Below are positions 38,498-50,604 of a stretch of DNA of 64,000 nt, in pieces. Within the stretch, counting starts at the first letter, position 1; each line of letters starts with the position of its first letter. The notes under the pieces are model-generated. The model was given only the letters and a program-made list of their open reading frames with translations, did not search any database and was not told where the DNA came from. The stretch is from Callorhinchus milii (Eukaryota). The position numbers and the translations under genes were made by a program. The stretch covers positions 30,444,001 through 30,508,000 of the forward strand of contig NW_024704743.1 in NCBI RefSeq assembly GCF_018977255.1. Reading direction: 5' to 3'.

Positions 38498-41400
38498 GAA
38501 CAACAACAAAATGACCTTTGTATAGCACCCTTCATGTCGGGAGGACGTCCCAAGGCGCTGGACGGTCAGTGTTTCGGACCCAAGTTGGGGGTCGGGATCG
38601 GGGAGTGTGGAGGACAGGGGGAGAAGGAGGGTGATCGAAAGCACAGTCGAAGAGGAGGGTCTTGAGATGGGTCTTGAAGAAGGCAAGAGAGGGGTGAGGT
38701 GGAGGGACTGTGGGATGGAGTTCCAGAGGGTAGGAGCAGAGTGGCAGATGGTCTGCCTGCCAACGGTGGGGCGGGTGAGGCGGGGGACGTAAAGCAGGCC
38801 GGAGTCTGCTGAGTGGAGAGAGTGTGCAGGATGGTAGGGGTTTAGGAGATCACAGAGGTAGGGGGGAGCAAAGCCATAGAGGTGAGGACCAGGATCTTGA
38901 ACTGTATCCTCTGTGTGATGGGAAGCCAGTAGAGTCAGGTGAGGATGGGGGTGATAGGGTCATCGAGCCTGGTGCGGGAAAGGGCTGCAGAGTTCTGGAT
39001 GATCTGCAGCCTATGGAGGAAGGTGTTGGGGAGGACGAAAGCAAGGAGTTTGAATAGTCAAGCCTCGATGTTATGAATGCATGTATGAGGGTTTCGGCGG
39101 CCTCCCGTGTGAGACAATGGCAGAGTCAGGCAATGTTGTGGAGGTGGGGGATGGCAGAGCGGGTCATGGCATGGATGTGGGGTAGAAAGGATAGTTGAGG
39201 GTCGAGCAAGGCGCCAAGGTTCTGGGCTGGCTTACTAAGGTGGTGTGTGCATTCATGGATGGTAATGCTGTCAGCACCTGAGTATGGAGGCGCTGACTGG
39301 AGTCAATCAGGAGAGCCTCGGTCTTGTTAACGTTCAACTGAAGAAAGTTAGCTCTCATCCAGGACTTGATGTCTGAAAGACATTCTGTTGGGACAGCAGT
39401 GGGCCTGGGGTCAAGGGTGGAGGCAGAGAGGTAGAGTTGGGTGTCACCTGCATACATGTGGAAGTTGACCCCATGTCGGCAGATTATGTCACAAGAGGGA
39501 GCATATAGATGTTGAAGATGAGGGGACCAAGGATAGAGCCCTGAGGAATGCTGCATGAGACAGTGCGGGGGCTAGAGGCAAAACCATTTGTGGAGATTAA
39601 GTGGAGGCGGTGTGAGAGGTACGATCTGGACTATTCAACGACAGAATCGTGAAGGGTGAGAGGAGAGGCGGTGGATGAGGATAGAATGCTCAATGGTGTC
39701 GAAGGCAGCAGAGAGGTCAAGGAGGACGAGGAGGCAGAGGGAGCCCTGGTCGCAGATGGACAGAATGTCATTTGTCACTTTGACAAGAGTTGTTACTGTG
39801 CTGTGGGCGGCACGGAAACCCGATTGGAGGAGTTGGTGAAGGGAATAGCGGGAGAGGAAGGAGCAAAGCTGGGAAGGAAAGGGCCTTGGAGAGGAAGGGA
39901 GGTTGGAGATGGGGCAGGGGTTTGAGAGCAGAAATGGGTCCAAAGAGGGTTTCTATAAGGATAAAAGTGATTACAGCCATTTTTAAAGGGGTGGGAATAG
40001 TACCAGTGAACAGGGAGAGGTTTATGATGTCTGTGAGTTGAGGGGCAAGGAGATAGAGCTGAGAGGTAAGGAGAGGGGTAGGGATGGGGTCAAAGGAGCA
40101 GGTGGTTGGTTTTGTTGCAAGGTGTAGCTGGGAGGTGTGGCCTCTGTCAGGAGGCAGCTGAGTGGATCCCCTCGACTTTGGATTCGAGGAAGAACAGCAG
40201 GTGAGGATGGGCGAGGTGTGAGAGGATGGGTGAAGGAGCCGGTTGATGATGAAGGAGTCCGGGGTTATCCTTAACCTCCAGGATTGTCTTGGAGTAGAAC
40301 AATAATTTAGCAGAGGTGAAGGTGGAGCGGTAAGATTTGATAAGTTCCAATCAGATCTGCCGATGAACGGGTTAAGTTTAATTAAAGCCAGGTGCATTCA
40401 GTGGCACATACCTGCGCTTTAAGGGAGCGGAGGTGGCTCGTGTACCATGGTGACTTTCATGAGTAGGAGACAGTTCGGGAAATGAGGGGAGCAAGGGAAT
40501 TGAGAGTGGTGGGGAGGGAGCTGTGGAGAAGAGTGACCGAGGAACATAGGTCATTGTGGGAGGAAGCCCAGAGGAGAAGGAGTTCAGATGACTCCAAGGC
40601 AGCCGAGAGGGAGGGGGGTAGATTTTTTTTAAGGCCGTTGGGAGATGGAGATGGGTTGGGTAGCAGTGAGGAGAGGGATTGAAGAGTTGAGGAAGATGAA
40701 ATGATGGTTCGAGATCGCTTTGTCGATGATGGTGAGGTCCGAGACCGTGAGGTCCCGAGTGATCAACAGGTCGAGGGGATGACCAGGGATGTGGATGTAG
40801 AGGGAAAGGTTGAAGGAGGACAAGTCAGCAGAAGTGGAGCAGGAGAGGGTGAAGTGAAGGTTGAAGTTGCCTAGTCTTTTGGAGCAGAGGGAGAGAGAAG
40901 ATAAGAGGATGGCGATGTCAGGGAGGAAAGTGAGGGAGGGCTTGGGGTGGGGGGAGATAGATAAGGAAAATTTTGAGGGTAAGGTTGGAGGGGTGATAAA
41001 AGGGTAAAGTGCTTGAAGGAGGAGGTTACAGAAGAGTAAGGGGATAGGCCAAGCGGGGACCGGGAGATGAGAGCCACCCTGCCACCACGGGGTTAGGTCA
41101 TGGGGTATGATGGAAGGTGTAGCTGGGAGTGTGGCCTCTGTCAGGGGGAAGGTATCACCTGGAGTGATCCAGGTTTCAGTGAGGGCGAGAATGTCGATGT
41201 TGTCAATAATGAGGTCTTGGATGGTGAGTGTTTTATTGGAGAGGGAACAAACACTTTGTAGGCAGATACAGAGAGGACTGTTGGTGGTGGAGTGTGGGAG
41301 GATGAATGGGTGAAGGGAGAAGACTGACAGAGAGGTTGGGGATGTGGATGAGGGAGAAGAGGTTGGCCCCCATGGTCAGGGACCAGTGGGCCTTGCGGCG

Positions 41401-41765
41401 AGAATGGGGGCAGGGCGGTCAGAGTGGCTGCTGTTGGACAGCCAGTGACATCTGCCACGGTGGGCCCAACAGACGATTCGCAGGCTGGAGCAGAGGGAGG
41501 CTATGGGACGGTTGAGCAGGGATAGGAGTCGGGGAGGGCGGTGGGACAGGAAGACTGAGTGGGAGTAATGGAGGGTTGAGAACTGGGGTAGGAGCATTTT
41601 GGGGAAGCAGCTCGGTTGGTGGTGGAGGCCAAAATGCACATGCCGAGACAAGAGCAAACGTGGGTGGGAGGAGGTTGGGTGGATGGAGTCAGCGAGGCAT
41701 GGTTAGCCCGCTGGCATGGATCATCATGGGTAGAGGAGACAATCTTATAGTCCCAGTCTTGTATT
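38498..41765 (-). mobile_element. Near full-length degenerate L2 LINE (APE endonuclease + RT)
   Basis: APE motifs DNIDILALTETW, GNFNLH, GHPLDLL and SNHH; RT motifs QSGFRAAHST, LLDLSAAFDT and FHMYAGDTQLY; many frameshifts; (TTG)n tail. Confidence 0.95.
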
Positions 41766-42279
41766 CGGTCTTTACTTTGAAAGTTTTTTTCCCATATATG
41801 TTAAATAATCCCTCCATTTGATATAGCGTTTTTCATGTCAGAAGGATAGCCCAAAGTGCTTCACAGGACAGTTCTGCCCAACTGTGTTTATACTCCAGGA
41901 GATGAAGCAACTTGGCTTTCAAAAGTATAGCGATGTGGACAGGAAAACTTTCTCTCCAAAAAAACTAATGAAGCACATGTGAAGTTTTTTTAATTGCAGA
42001 AATTTATTAGGGCATAGAACATTCTATCAAAATAGTAATTGAAGCAGAATACACAATAGCTTTTAAAAGGGACTTGAACATATATTTCAAAAATAAAATC
42101 ATAAAAGAGAATGGGGAAAGATATGGGACCAAAATATGTAGCTGTTTCAGGGAATTGGCACTGATCAAGAGCTATTAATAGATAATAATTCTCACATTTG
42201 ATTATAGTGCTTTTCACAGTCACCTGTACAGTAAATCCTGTGAAGCGCTCTAAGACATTCTTACTGCTGTGAGTTAGTA

Positions 42280-42750
42280 CCGGGGATGAAGGGGATGAGT
42301 TACGAGGATAAGCTGACCAATTTGGGCCTATATTCTCTAGAATATACAAGAATTAGAGGGGATCTTATAGAAACCTATAAGATCATTGAAGGGCATGATA
42401 GACTAGATAGTGGGAGATTGTTTCCCCTGGTTGGAGAAACTAAAACCAAGGGTCACAACCTTAAAATCAGAGGCCAGCCCTTTTGCACTGAGTTGAGGAA
42501 GAACTTCTTCACTCAAAGGGTGGTGAATGTATGGAACTCACTACCCCAAAGGGCTGTTGACGCTCAGTCCTTGAACATATTCAAGACTGAGATAGATATA
42601 TTTCTTATTGCAAAAGGGATTAAAGGATATGGGGATAAAGCAGGGTCAGGTTATTAGCTGGAGTTAGATTAGAAGATCAGCCATGATTGAATGGCGGGGC
42701 AGGCTCGAAGGGCCGAATGGCCTACACCTGCTCCTACATGTTATGTTATG
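42280..42750 (+). mobile_element. Young CR1 3' end with an uninterrupted 123-codon ORF2 C-terminus, inserted in a SINE tail
   Basis: MKGMSYEDKLTNLGLYSLE..RGDLIETYK...RKNFFTQRVVNVWNSLP; tail GGCCGAATGGCCTAC.CCTGCTCCTA(TGTTA)n. Confidence 0.95.
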
Positions 42751-42902
42751 TAAGGCACTTTATCAAATGTAAGGATTAATATTATTATTAGCAGCAGCAG
42801 CACACTTTATGCCAAGAATTTATTTCCTACAAAGAAATGGTTAAAATTGATGCCTATTGCTGAAATCTGACAGTAACAAAATAGCATTTCTCACAAAAAA
42901 GT

Positions 42903-43300
42903 GATAGAACCATAGAAATGTACAGCACAGAAGGCAGCTATTTGGCCAATTGTGTCTGTGCTGGCTCTTTAAAGAGCAATCCTTTCAGTCATATTTACTT
43001 CCCTTTTCCCCACAGCCCTGGAGTCCACTCCTTTTTAGATATCCATCTAATTCCCTTTTGAAATCTAATATGGATTCTGCCTTAACCATCCCTCCTGGCA
43101 TTCCATATCTTAACCACTATGGGCAGGAAAAACTTTTTCCTAACCTTTTCATCTGCTAACTATCTTAAATTGATGCCCTCTAGTAACCAACTCACCGACC
43201 AGTGGAAATAATTTCTATCTTTCGACTATCAAAACCCCTCATCTCTCCCAGGTCGTCCCTTAGTCTTCTTTGTTCCAGTAGAAAAAGTCTTAGTCTCTGC
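42903..43300 (-). mobile_element. CR1 3' end, degenerate
   Basis: ATAGAACCATAGAAATGTACAGCACAGAAGG reverse tail; LFLLEQRRLRDDL remnant. Confidence 0.85.
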
Positions 43301-44730
43301 TCATATGCCACAGTAAGTTCAAGTTCAAATACGCGTCCACTTGCTTGCAATTTGTTTACAAATTGCTTTGCAACAGGATCTCTAATTTTCATGCAGCTCT
43401 TTACCTTATGTCACACACCATTGTTGTACTAGGACATGGTTCAGTTGCATTAAATGTTTTTAAAAAGTTTTAAAACTGTCAAAATATTCAGACATGTCTA
43501 CAGCTTGAAGGCTGCAGAGAAGTTCTCAAGGTACAAACCAAAGCCCTAACTGGTTAGATGGTTCTCCCTGGACAAGTGCCAGGTCTTCGATAGTTTGACG
43601 TATCAATATTGCATTTGAAACAGTTTTACGTTTGTAAGGTAGTTGAAATTCTTTGAACCCACTGTTGAATGTTCTTGATGTATCTTTATGCTGCATGTGA
43701 ATGCAAAGGGTTAATTCTGAACTTCAAAATAACACACAAGACTAGCAGCATGAAAGGGCAGGGAAAGATTAGAGTGAAATAATTACACAAGTTCAAACAG
43801 AGACCCTTTGTAGTTTTGTTTTGTTAGAGATTTCAATGCAGGCTCACAAAAGGTTCTAAATAAGAGGATAGTGAAACAACCTATCTTACTGCCACTTGTG
43901 GCCTCAGTCTGAATAAACGTCACACTTTCCGAGTCAGGTATTTGCCCTGACTGATACAGATGGATTATCAAACCCACGGCTACAGAAAAACAAGGATCAT
44001 TGTGTTAAAGCTCAGCTCCGTAGACTGTCTTGTGCGTGAGTTCAGACCTGAAGGAATGGAATGTAAAATGTGCTTGTTAAATCCGATGTTGTCAGTACCA
44101 TATTGGGAAGGTCCCATTCAGAGTCAAGTGGTCTCAAAAAATTTAATATAGGGGTCAGATTTGTAGCAATTTTTAATAGGATTAATTAATATGGAATCCC
44201 GGATGGTAACTCCATCCCAAAATAGATCTCATCAGAGCAGCATTCACATGAGTTAGCCTGACTTTCTATCCCTCTTGTGACTGGAAGGAATCACAATTTA
44301 TGTGACTCTGGATCCTGATTAAGAAATCCCATCAAGAAATACTGCAAATGAAACCCCTGGGTATACTCCAAGTCCAAAATCGGGAACTCTACTGATCACA
44401 ACCAACCATTAGCCAGATCCAAGGGAACCTTCCTTGGGTGTCCTCTGGACTAGACCTCTAATTCCTGCTGGTTGGGGTGACATATTTTGGGTAAAGCACA
44501 AAATTCTCCACTTGGAACTCAAAGTCTCTATTAATGAATCCTGTTCGAAACTGCTGCACTTCAGAGCATAGATTATGTACAAAGAAAGAAAGACTGGATG
44601 AGATAGATTAGGAATTCCACAATTTTGATGTCCTGGGAAATAAGTTATTGTTGGACATAATGTTGTGAGTTTTTGATTTCAGTGCAAAAGTTTCATAGCT
44701 TGGGAGCAGCAAGAGACAAAATTCAAGGTG

Positions 44731-45092
44731 GTAATACTAATAATAATCCTTATATTTGACATAGCACCATTATCACATCTTCAAAACGTTTCAAAGCGCT
44801 TCACAGAATATACTGTAAAGTGAATTGACTGTATATTTTGTGGGTGAAACACGGCAGCCAATTGCATATAGCAGTGTCCCACAAACAGTTGTGGACTGAG
44901 TGATCAAATTATTTTTTTTAAGGAATTATTAGCCCCAGAAAAGCGATCCGCCAATCGACTAATGACCAGGTTCCTATTTACTGCTAGGTAAACAGCTTTG
45001 TGGAGTAAGGAAATGTACCCACATTTCACCCTGCCTGGGAATGGAACCCAGATCCTCTTGCTTGGAAGCGAGTGCTCTACTCACTGGACTCC
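44731..45092 (-). mobile_element. SINE family A, full-length long form
   Basis: Colinear with 12380-12743. Confidence 0.92.
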
Positions 45093-45719
45093 ACGAGGTA
45101 ATAACCATAATGGTATTAATGAAACTGAGAAGGGTAAAATAGATAACAATGGAAAGACAGATTACAGTATGAAGTAGGTGACATAGTTTTCAGCAACAAA
45201 TTTTAATGACAATACACAGCATTGAGGAAGAGGTCAACATTCCCACCTTCAGGACAGAACTCTTAAGAAGTGTATGTCCTACACTCAGGAGCTGCTCATT
45301 CCTATTAGTATCTGCAGCTTTTGATGAGAGAATACTGGGTATTAACGCATTCTGAAGCAAAACAATTCTCCACCATCAATAAATTAGTACAATAACAGAC
45401 TGTTATTCTCTTTGTTCACTTATGATGAATAAATTGGTACGTTTTGTAAATATTGCAAAACTTGCTGATAACAAGCATGTAACCATACGAGAGGTGCATA
45501 GAAAATTGTAACGGGAATTGAAATAAGTGGAGGGATTACGGAACAATAAATTGATTTTGATATGGAAATGTGTAATGTAGTGCACATGTATACAGGGAAT
45601 ATGAAATGTGCACATAATGAGTGGCTTGAGAAAAAAGAAAGAATTTTGGTGCAATTATCAAACGTTCACTGGAAGTGTCCTGTCAACATGATGCGGTTGT
45701 CCACAAAGTTATTCTAAGT

Positions 45720-46018
45720 CAGTAACCAATTTGTGGGCAGCGTCATGAAGTGAATGATTAATTTGAACAGGAGGGTTGTTAGACAGGACATCGGGAGAAA
45801 CTCTTTTCAAATAGTGCCACGGAATCTTTAACATCCAAAAGAGCAAGCAATTGGGACCTCGGTTTAACACTTCATTCAAAGGTCGACACCTTTGGCAGTG
45901 TATCCCCACATTGCATTATCAGCCTAGACTGTGAGCTCAAAGAACTGGTCTTGAAGGTCTTGAACATACATGCTGTGACTCAACAGGCAAGAATGTTCCC
46001 AAATGAGCCAGGCTGACA
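45720..46018 (-). mobile_element. DeuSINE, degenerate
   Basis: ATAGTGCCACGGAATCTTTAACATCCA...GGTTTAAC...TGAGCCAGGCTGACAC. Confidence 0.8.
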
Positions 46019-46272
46019 CCTGAATCGCAAGGACTCTAGATTGTAGATCAAACAGTAAATATTAATATTGGATAACTAGAACAAAGATATTGGATTTTTA
46101 AAATCGTGTTCTGATGTCTAAAGACATCAAAACACTAAAGCAACAACTGTATTTTACAAACAACGTGGCAGTCATTTTGCACACAGCAAGGACCCTCAAA
46201 GAGCCAATGTCTAAGATGCGGAAACCAATATTGTGCTTAAAGTTAAACAGACCACACAAAGTTCCACATATG

Positions 46273-46591
46273 TAATAATAATAATAATCCTTGCATTTGA
46301 TATAGCGCTTTTCACGTCGGGAGGACGTCCCAAAGCGCTTCACAGAACACACTGTAAAGTGAATTGACTGTATATTTGTGGGCGAACGCGGCAGCCAATT
46401 GCGCACAGCAATGTCCCACAAACAGTCGTAGATTGAAAATGACCAATTTATTATTGTTTGGGGTTTTGGAAGGATTATTATTAGGCGTGTGGAGTAAGGA
46501 AACTTGCCCAAGGTTTCGCCCTCTGCCTGGAATTGAACTCAGGTCTCTCACTTGCAAAGCGAGTGCTCTAACCACTGAGCTACAGGACTCC
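46273..46591 (-). mobile_element. SINE family A, full-length short form with an L2-identical tail segment
   Basis: Retains many CpGs; tail TTCACGTCGGGAGGACGTCCCAA matches the L2 tails at 38530 and 51980. Confidence 0.95.
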
Positions 46592-46831
46592 ACGATGCCA
46601 CTTACAAATGCCACTTATGTATGCCACTTACAAATGGGAATTCCCCTATGTCTGGAAATAAAATGCTCTCTCTCTCTCTCTCTCGAGGTTTGCAGCCTGC
46701 TGAACGACTGACACGATGGGCTGAATGGCCTTCCTGTATGCTATAATTTTTTTCTAATTCTGGAGAGTTTTTAAGTGATCTGAGACACTATGCTGGTGAA
46801 GGGCACTATATAATTGCAAGTTGTTGTTGTT

Positions 46832-47206
46832 ATTAGGTGCAGGTTGGTGAAAACTAGGCTTTGGGATCCCAGTGTACACATTGGGTTACTGCTAGAGTTT
46901 AACCAGATAAACTGCACAGACTGCCATTGAGTGCCCTGTCTGGTGCTATAGCACGCTACCTGTTAGGGCTTTGGCTTGCAGGGTTAACAAGAATCAAATA
47001 AGAAGATTATACAGCCAATTTATTTTACAATATATTCTGTGAAGTGCTTTGAGACATCTTGAAGACATGATAAGACACTATATCAAATGTAAGGATTATT
47101 ATATTATTATAAGAATCTGAGTCCTGCCAATGAGCCAGATTGATTAGTCTGTCATCAGCAGTGCCCTGGAGTCCTGTACCTGACTCAGGAACTGGACTAC
47201 CGAGAC
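46832..47206 (-). repeat. Repeat family B copy split by a SINE A tail (about 47010-47110)
   Basis: GCTTTGGCTTGCAGGGTTAAC lies left of the SINE and GTCCTGCCAATGAGCCAG..GTGCCCTGGAGTCCT..GGAACTGGACTAC lies right of it. Confidence 0.78.
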
Positions 47207-47484
47207 CATCACAGAGAGTTGACTTGAATCTGACATTCTGCTGCCAAGTACATCACCTTGCCAAGTATATTTTGCCACAAAATTATACAGTCAATTCACT
47301 TTTCAGTATATTCTGTGAAGTACTTTGAGACGTCTCAAAGACATCATAAGGTGCTATATCAAATGTTAAGGATTATTATTATTGGAACCAAGGAGGAAAG
47401 TTAATTTGGGGGCTTGATCCCACAACCTTCTGCCTCAGAGGCGAGATTGCTGTCAACTGAGCCAGGTGGTCATTAAATAGAATG

Positions 47485-47620
47485 AGTGAGAGAGAGTCTA
47501 GTGAAAGAGAGAGAAAGAGTGAGAGAGAATAAGAAAGAGTGGTAGAGAGAATAAAAAGGAATTGTATGTGTGTGAGAGAGAGAGAATGTGGAGCTTGAGA
47601 GAGAAAATGGGGAGAGAGAT
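47485..47620. repeat. Degenerate (GA)n purine-rich tract
   Basis: Seen directly; other simple repeats at 8629 (GA)n, 19520 (GAGT)n, 19877 (TA)n, 56431-56495 (CATR/CA)n and 58506 (TAT)n. Confidence 0.85.
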
Positions 47621-48019
47621 CAGATTGCTAAGTAGAGGACTCTTACTCCACAGACTGCTTACAGGCCTAAAGTTATATTTAAAAAGAATTGTTCTTAAGT
47701 GGAATAGGCTGCATTCAGTATTTTAAGCCTTTGAACATTATACTTTTGCAAAAGGATCTATTATTTGTATGAATTTAAAACATTTGCTAAGAGTAATTTT
47801 AGCTTGGGGATATATTTTAAAGGGAGGATACCCTTAACTAGAGAAGGCTGCGTCTCTTTTCCCTGAACCTTTTAATCAGCCTGAATTGAAACATACACAA
47901 AATTAAAATTTTTCTTTCCATGTAGTCATTTACAATCATTTCCTTCTGCTTCCTTTCATTTTTAAATGTTTTATTTTTATTGTCATAATCCACTCATTCA
48001 TTAGCTTCTTAAATCAGCC

Positions 48020-48388
48020 TTGCAGTCTCAGTAGTCCAGTCCCTGAATAGGACTCCAGGGCACTGCTGATGTTAGCAAACCAAAACCAGTCAGCCTGGCT
48101 CGTTGTCATAACAGGACTTGGAGGAGCAGAGATTCTTCCGACTTGGCTCCGATTAACTCTGCAGACAAAAGTCTTAACAGGTAGTGTGATCCGAACTGGA
48201 CAAGCAGCAGGAAGCTTGCTGGACAATGCTCTCAACAGCAAGCTATGTGGTTTTAGCTGGTTAAACTCCAGCAATACCCTGGCTATTGGCATCCAAGACT
48301 TGGTTCTTGTCAACTTTTGCCTGATACGCTCCAGAATAAGGTAAACAAGGTGCATCCTTCAGTTGAGAGAGCGTGCACTCGATTCCAA
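48020..48388 (+). repeat. Repeat family B, near-complete copy
   Basis: Colinear with 11255-11610 and 1368-1612. Confidence 0.8.
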
Positions 48389-49289
48389 GCAAAGGGAAAT
48401 TTGTAGCCTATATGTGCTGCACTGTTGGAGGTACTGTCCTTCACATGAAATGTTAAACTGAGGTTCTGTATGCTATTCAGGCGAACACTAAAGATCCTGT
48501 GACGCTATTCAAAGCAAGAAGGGAATTTCTCTCTCCCGAGGTCATGGACAGCAATCCCCCAAATAAAATTTGTCACTCACTTCACGACTGCTTGTGAGCC
48601 ATAGCTGTACGGTATTTCCCCACACTTCCTTGGTGACTGTCCCAAATTAAAGTAGGGTGTTGGAATCAATGGAATCAAGGCTTGTATAATATAGCAAGTA
48701 GCTGCTTTCAAATTTTTCTTGTTTCTCTGAAGACATGAGGGTAACTGGAATTATTGCAAAAAAATTTTAGGATGTTAGGCCACTCAAAGCTGGGATGTGT
48801 TCAAAGCCAGTTACTATAAGAGGTAACTGATGTGGTTTACGGATGTTATCTGAACTGCAGGATAGGATTACAGTCTTGCAATCTCTCCACAGTGTATTAT
48901 CAGTTGTAATCCAGCGTATCCTGGGCATTTGTGTTTTCTGTTGGTCTTGGCGTTTGGTTCTGCATGTATGAGGTAAGAAGCTCTGGACACATTTCAAAAA
49001 GCTAAAGCAATATGTTATGTTGTGTGCTTTGTGCAATTGGCTGCTGCAGTTCACCCACAAAATACACAGGCAATCCACTTTACAGTATATTCTGTGAAGT
49101 GCCTTGTGACATCTTGAAGACGTGATAAGATGCTATATCAAAGGCAAGGATTATTATTAATAAAATAACCTGCTTCTGATAAGAAAATGAACATAATATT
49201 TCTAATGACAGAATCAGCAAAATTAATAGGAATTTTCAAAACAAGTCAGCTAACGTGTTAATAGAGGGACAATAGTTGGTCTGAATGAC

Positions 49290-49570
49290 CCTGATGATGG
49301 TGCGGGGGATGAGGGGCTAAGAGGGAAGAAGAAATCCTACTTCCTCCTGCCAAGTCCTAGCCAGTGACCTCGCCTGTAGATTGCACATGTAAGGATATAT
49401 CAGGCAACGTTGGGATTGGGCTTGACTGTGGTTCCCCTCTGCAACAGAATAGCCCACTGGCACTCAGCATCAGGGCTCACATGTGAAGGGTGGCCAGGTT
49501 GGGTGAGATGCCAGATGGCTGCTGGTATCTGAGGAAAGAAAACTATCCCAGCAAAAGTGAGAGAAAGGAA
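49290..49570 (+). mobile_element. Old SINE-like family C, 3' part
   Basis: CCAGTGACC...GGATTGGGCTTGACTGTG..GAATAGCC..GGCTCACATGTGAAG..TGGCCA. Confidence 0.6.
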
Positions 49571-49621
49571 GAAAATTACAATTAGGAGGAAAAATCTAGT
49601 TAGCTACAAAGTTCACACTAT

Positions 49622-49952
49622 AGTAATAATAAATAATATAATCCTTGCATTTGTAGCACCTTATCACGTCAGTGAGACATCTCAAAACACTTTGTCAAAT
49701 AGATTAACTGTGTATTTTGTGAGTGAATGCAGCAGCCAATTGCACAATCCGTTGTGGATTGAGTTACCAAATTTTTTTTTTTGGAGGGGGAGGGATTATT
49801 ACCCCTGGAGAATGATCCGCCAATCAACCCAGGTTCTACTTACTGCTAAGTAAACAGAGGCATGTGGAGTAAGGAAACTTGCCTAAGGTTTCGCCCCGCC
49901 CAGGAATCAAATCCAGGTCCTCTTGTTTGTGAAGCGAGTGCACTAACCACTA
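49622..49952 (-). mobile_element. SINE family A long form, small deletions
   Basis: Tail-to-head colinearity with other family A copies. Confidence 0.88.
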
Positions 49953-50575
49953 CACAACGGGTGGCAAACGATGGAAATGAGGTATCTAGTGCTTACCGTT
50001 CACAGCAGAGGGAAGCAATTAGAATTATTTGTGCAGCTTCCCCTGCCCCGACACCCTCGCCATGAAGCGTGCAAGGTCTTTATGTAGAACTTCTAAGTCT
50101 GGCCATAGCTTTGATATTTCAAATTGTTTCATTTTCCCCCGTTTCTTTTTTGGGGAAAAGGGGAAATAATTAACACTAGTGTATCTGCCCCTAGTATCAA
50201 AGAAAAAAAACTCACATTTGTTCCAAGCCCGTTTCCCTAAATCAACGGTTCAAAAATTTAAATAACTTTCGGGAATGCAACCGTAAAGAGAAGCTAAGGA
50301 GCAGCCAAAGCATAAGGTTATCTGGCAACAAGGCTGACTGAAGTCTGCCATGCTACTGTAAGTACTTAAATCGCTTAGAAAGCTGTTTATAGCTGCTTCT
50401 TGCTGTGGTTCTCCATGGAGCTTAATTGGCACTCATCTGAGTTCGCTTTTTGCCAGAAAGCACATGCCATTCATCGATCAATGCTACTTTTTTTTAAAAA
50501 CCCAATTAAAATAAACTGGAGTCTGCAGGCAGGACACCTTTGGTGCTGCAGCTGCACTTTGTGTCTGGCACTTAC

Positions 50576-50604
50576 CCGCTCGACTCCAGCCATGTTATGG
50601 ATGT
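50576..50604 (-). other. Candidate 29-nt exon, ACATCCATAACATGGCTGGAGTCGAGCGG (MAGVER or xIHNMAGVER)
   Basis: Acceptor ttacttgctctcAG, consensus donor CGG|GTAAGT and strong Kozak AACATGG, in a TE-free block; host gene unidentified. Confidence 0.4.

Noticed and set aside
36473..41821. Cluster of long ORFs (up to 209 aa) as host genes
   Set aside because: They are frameshifted pieces or alternative frames of L2 ORF2.
46597..46638. CRISPR-like or functional array (TGCCACTTA x3)
   Set aside because: It is a short tandem slippage repeat with no spacers, in a eukaryotic context.
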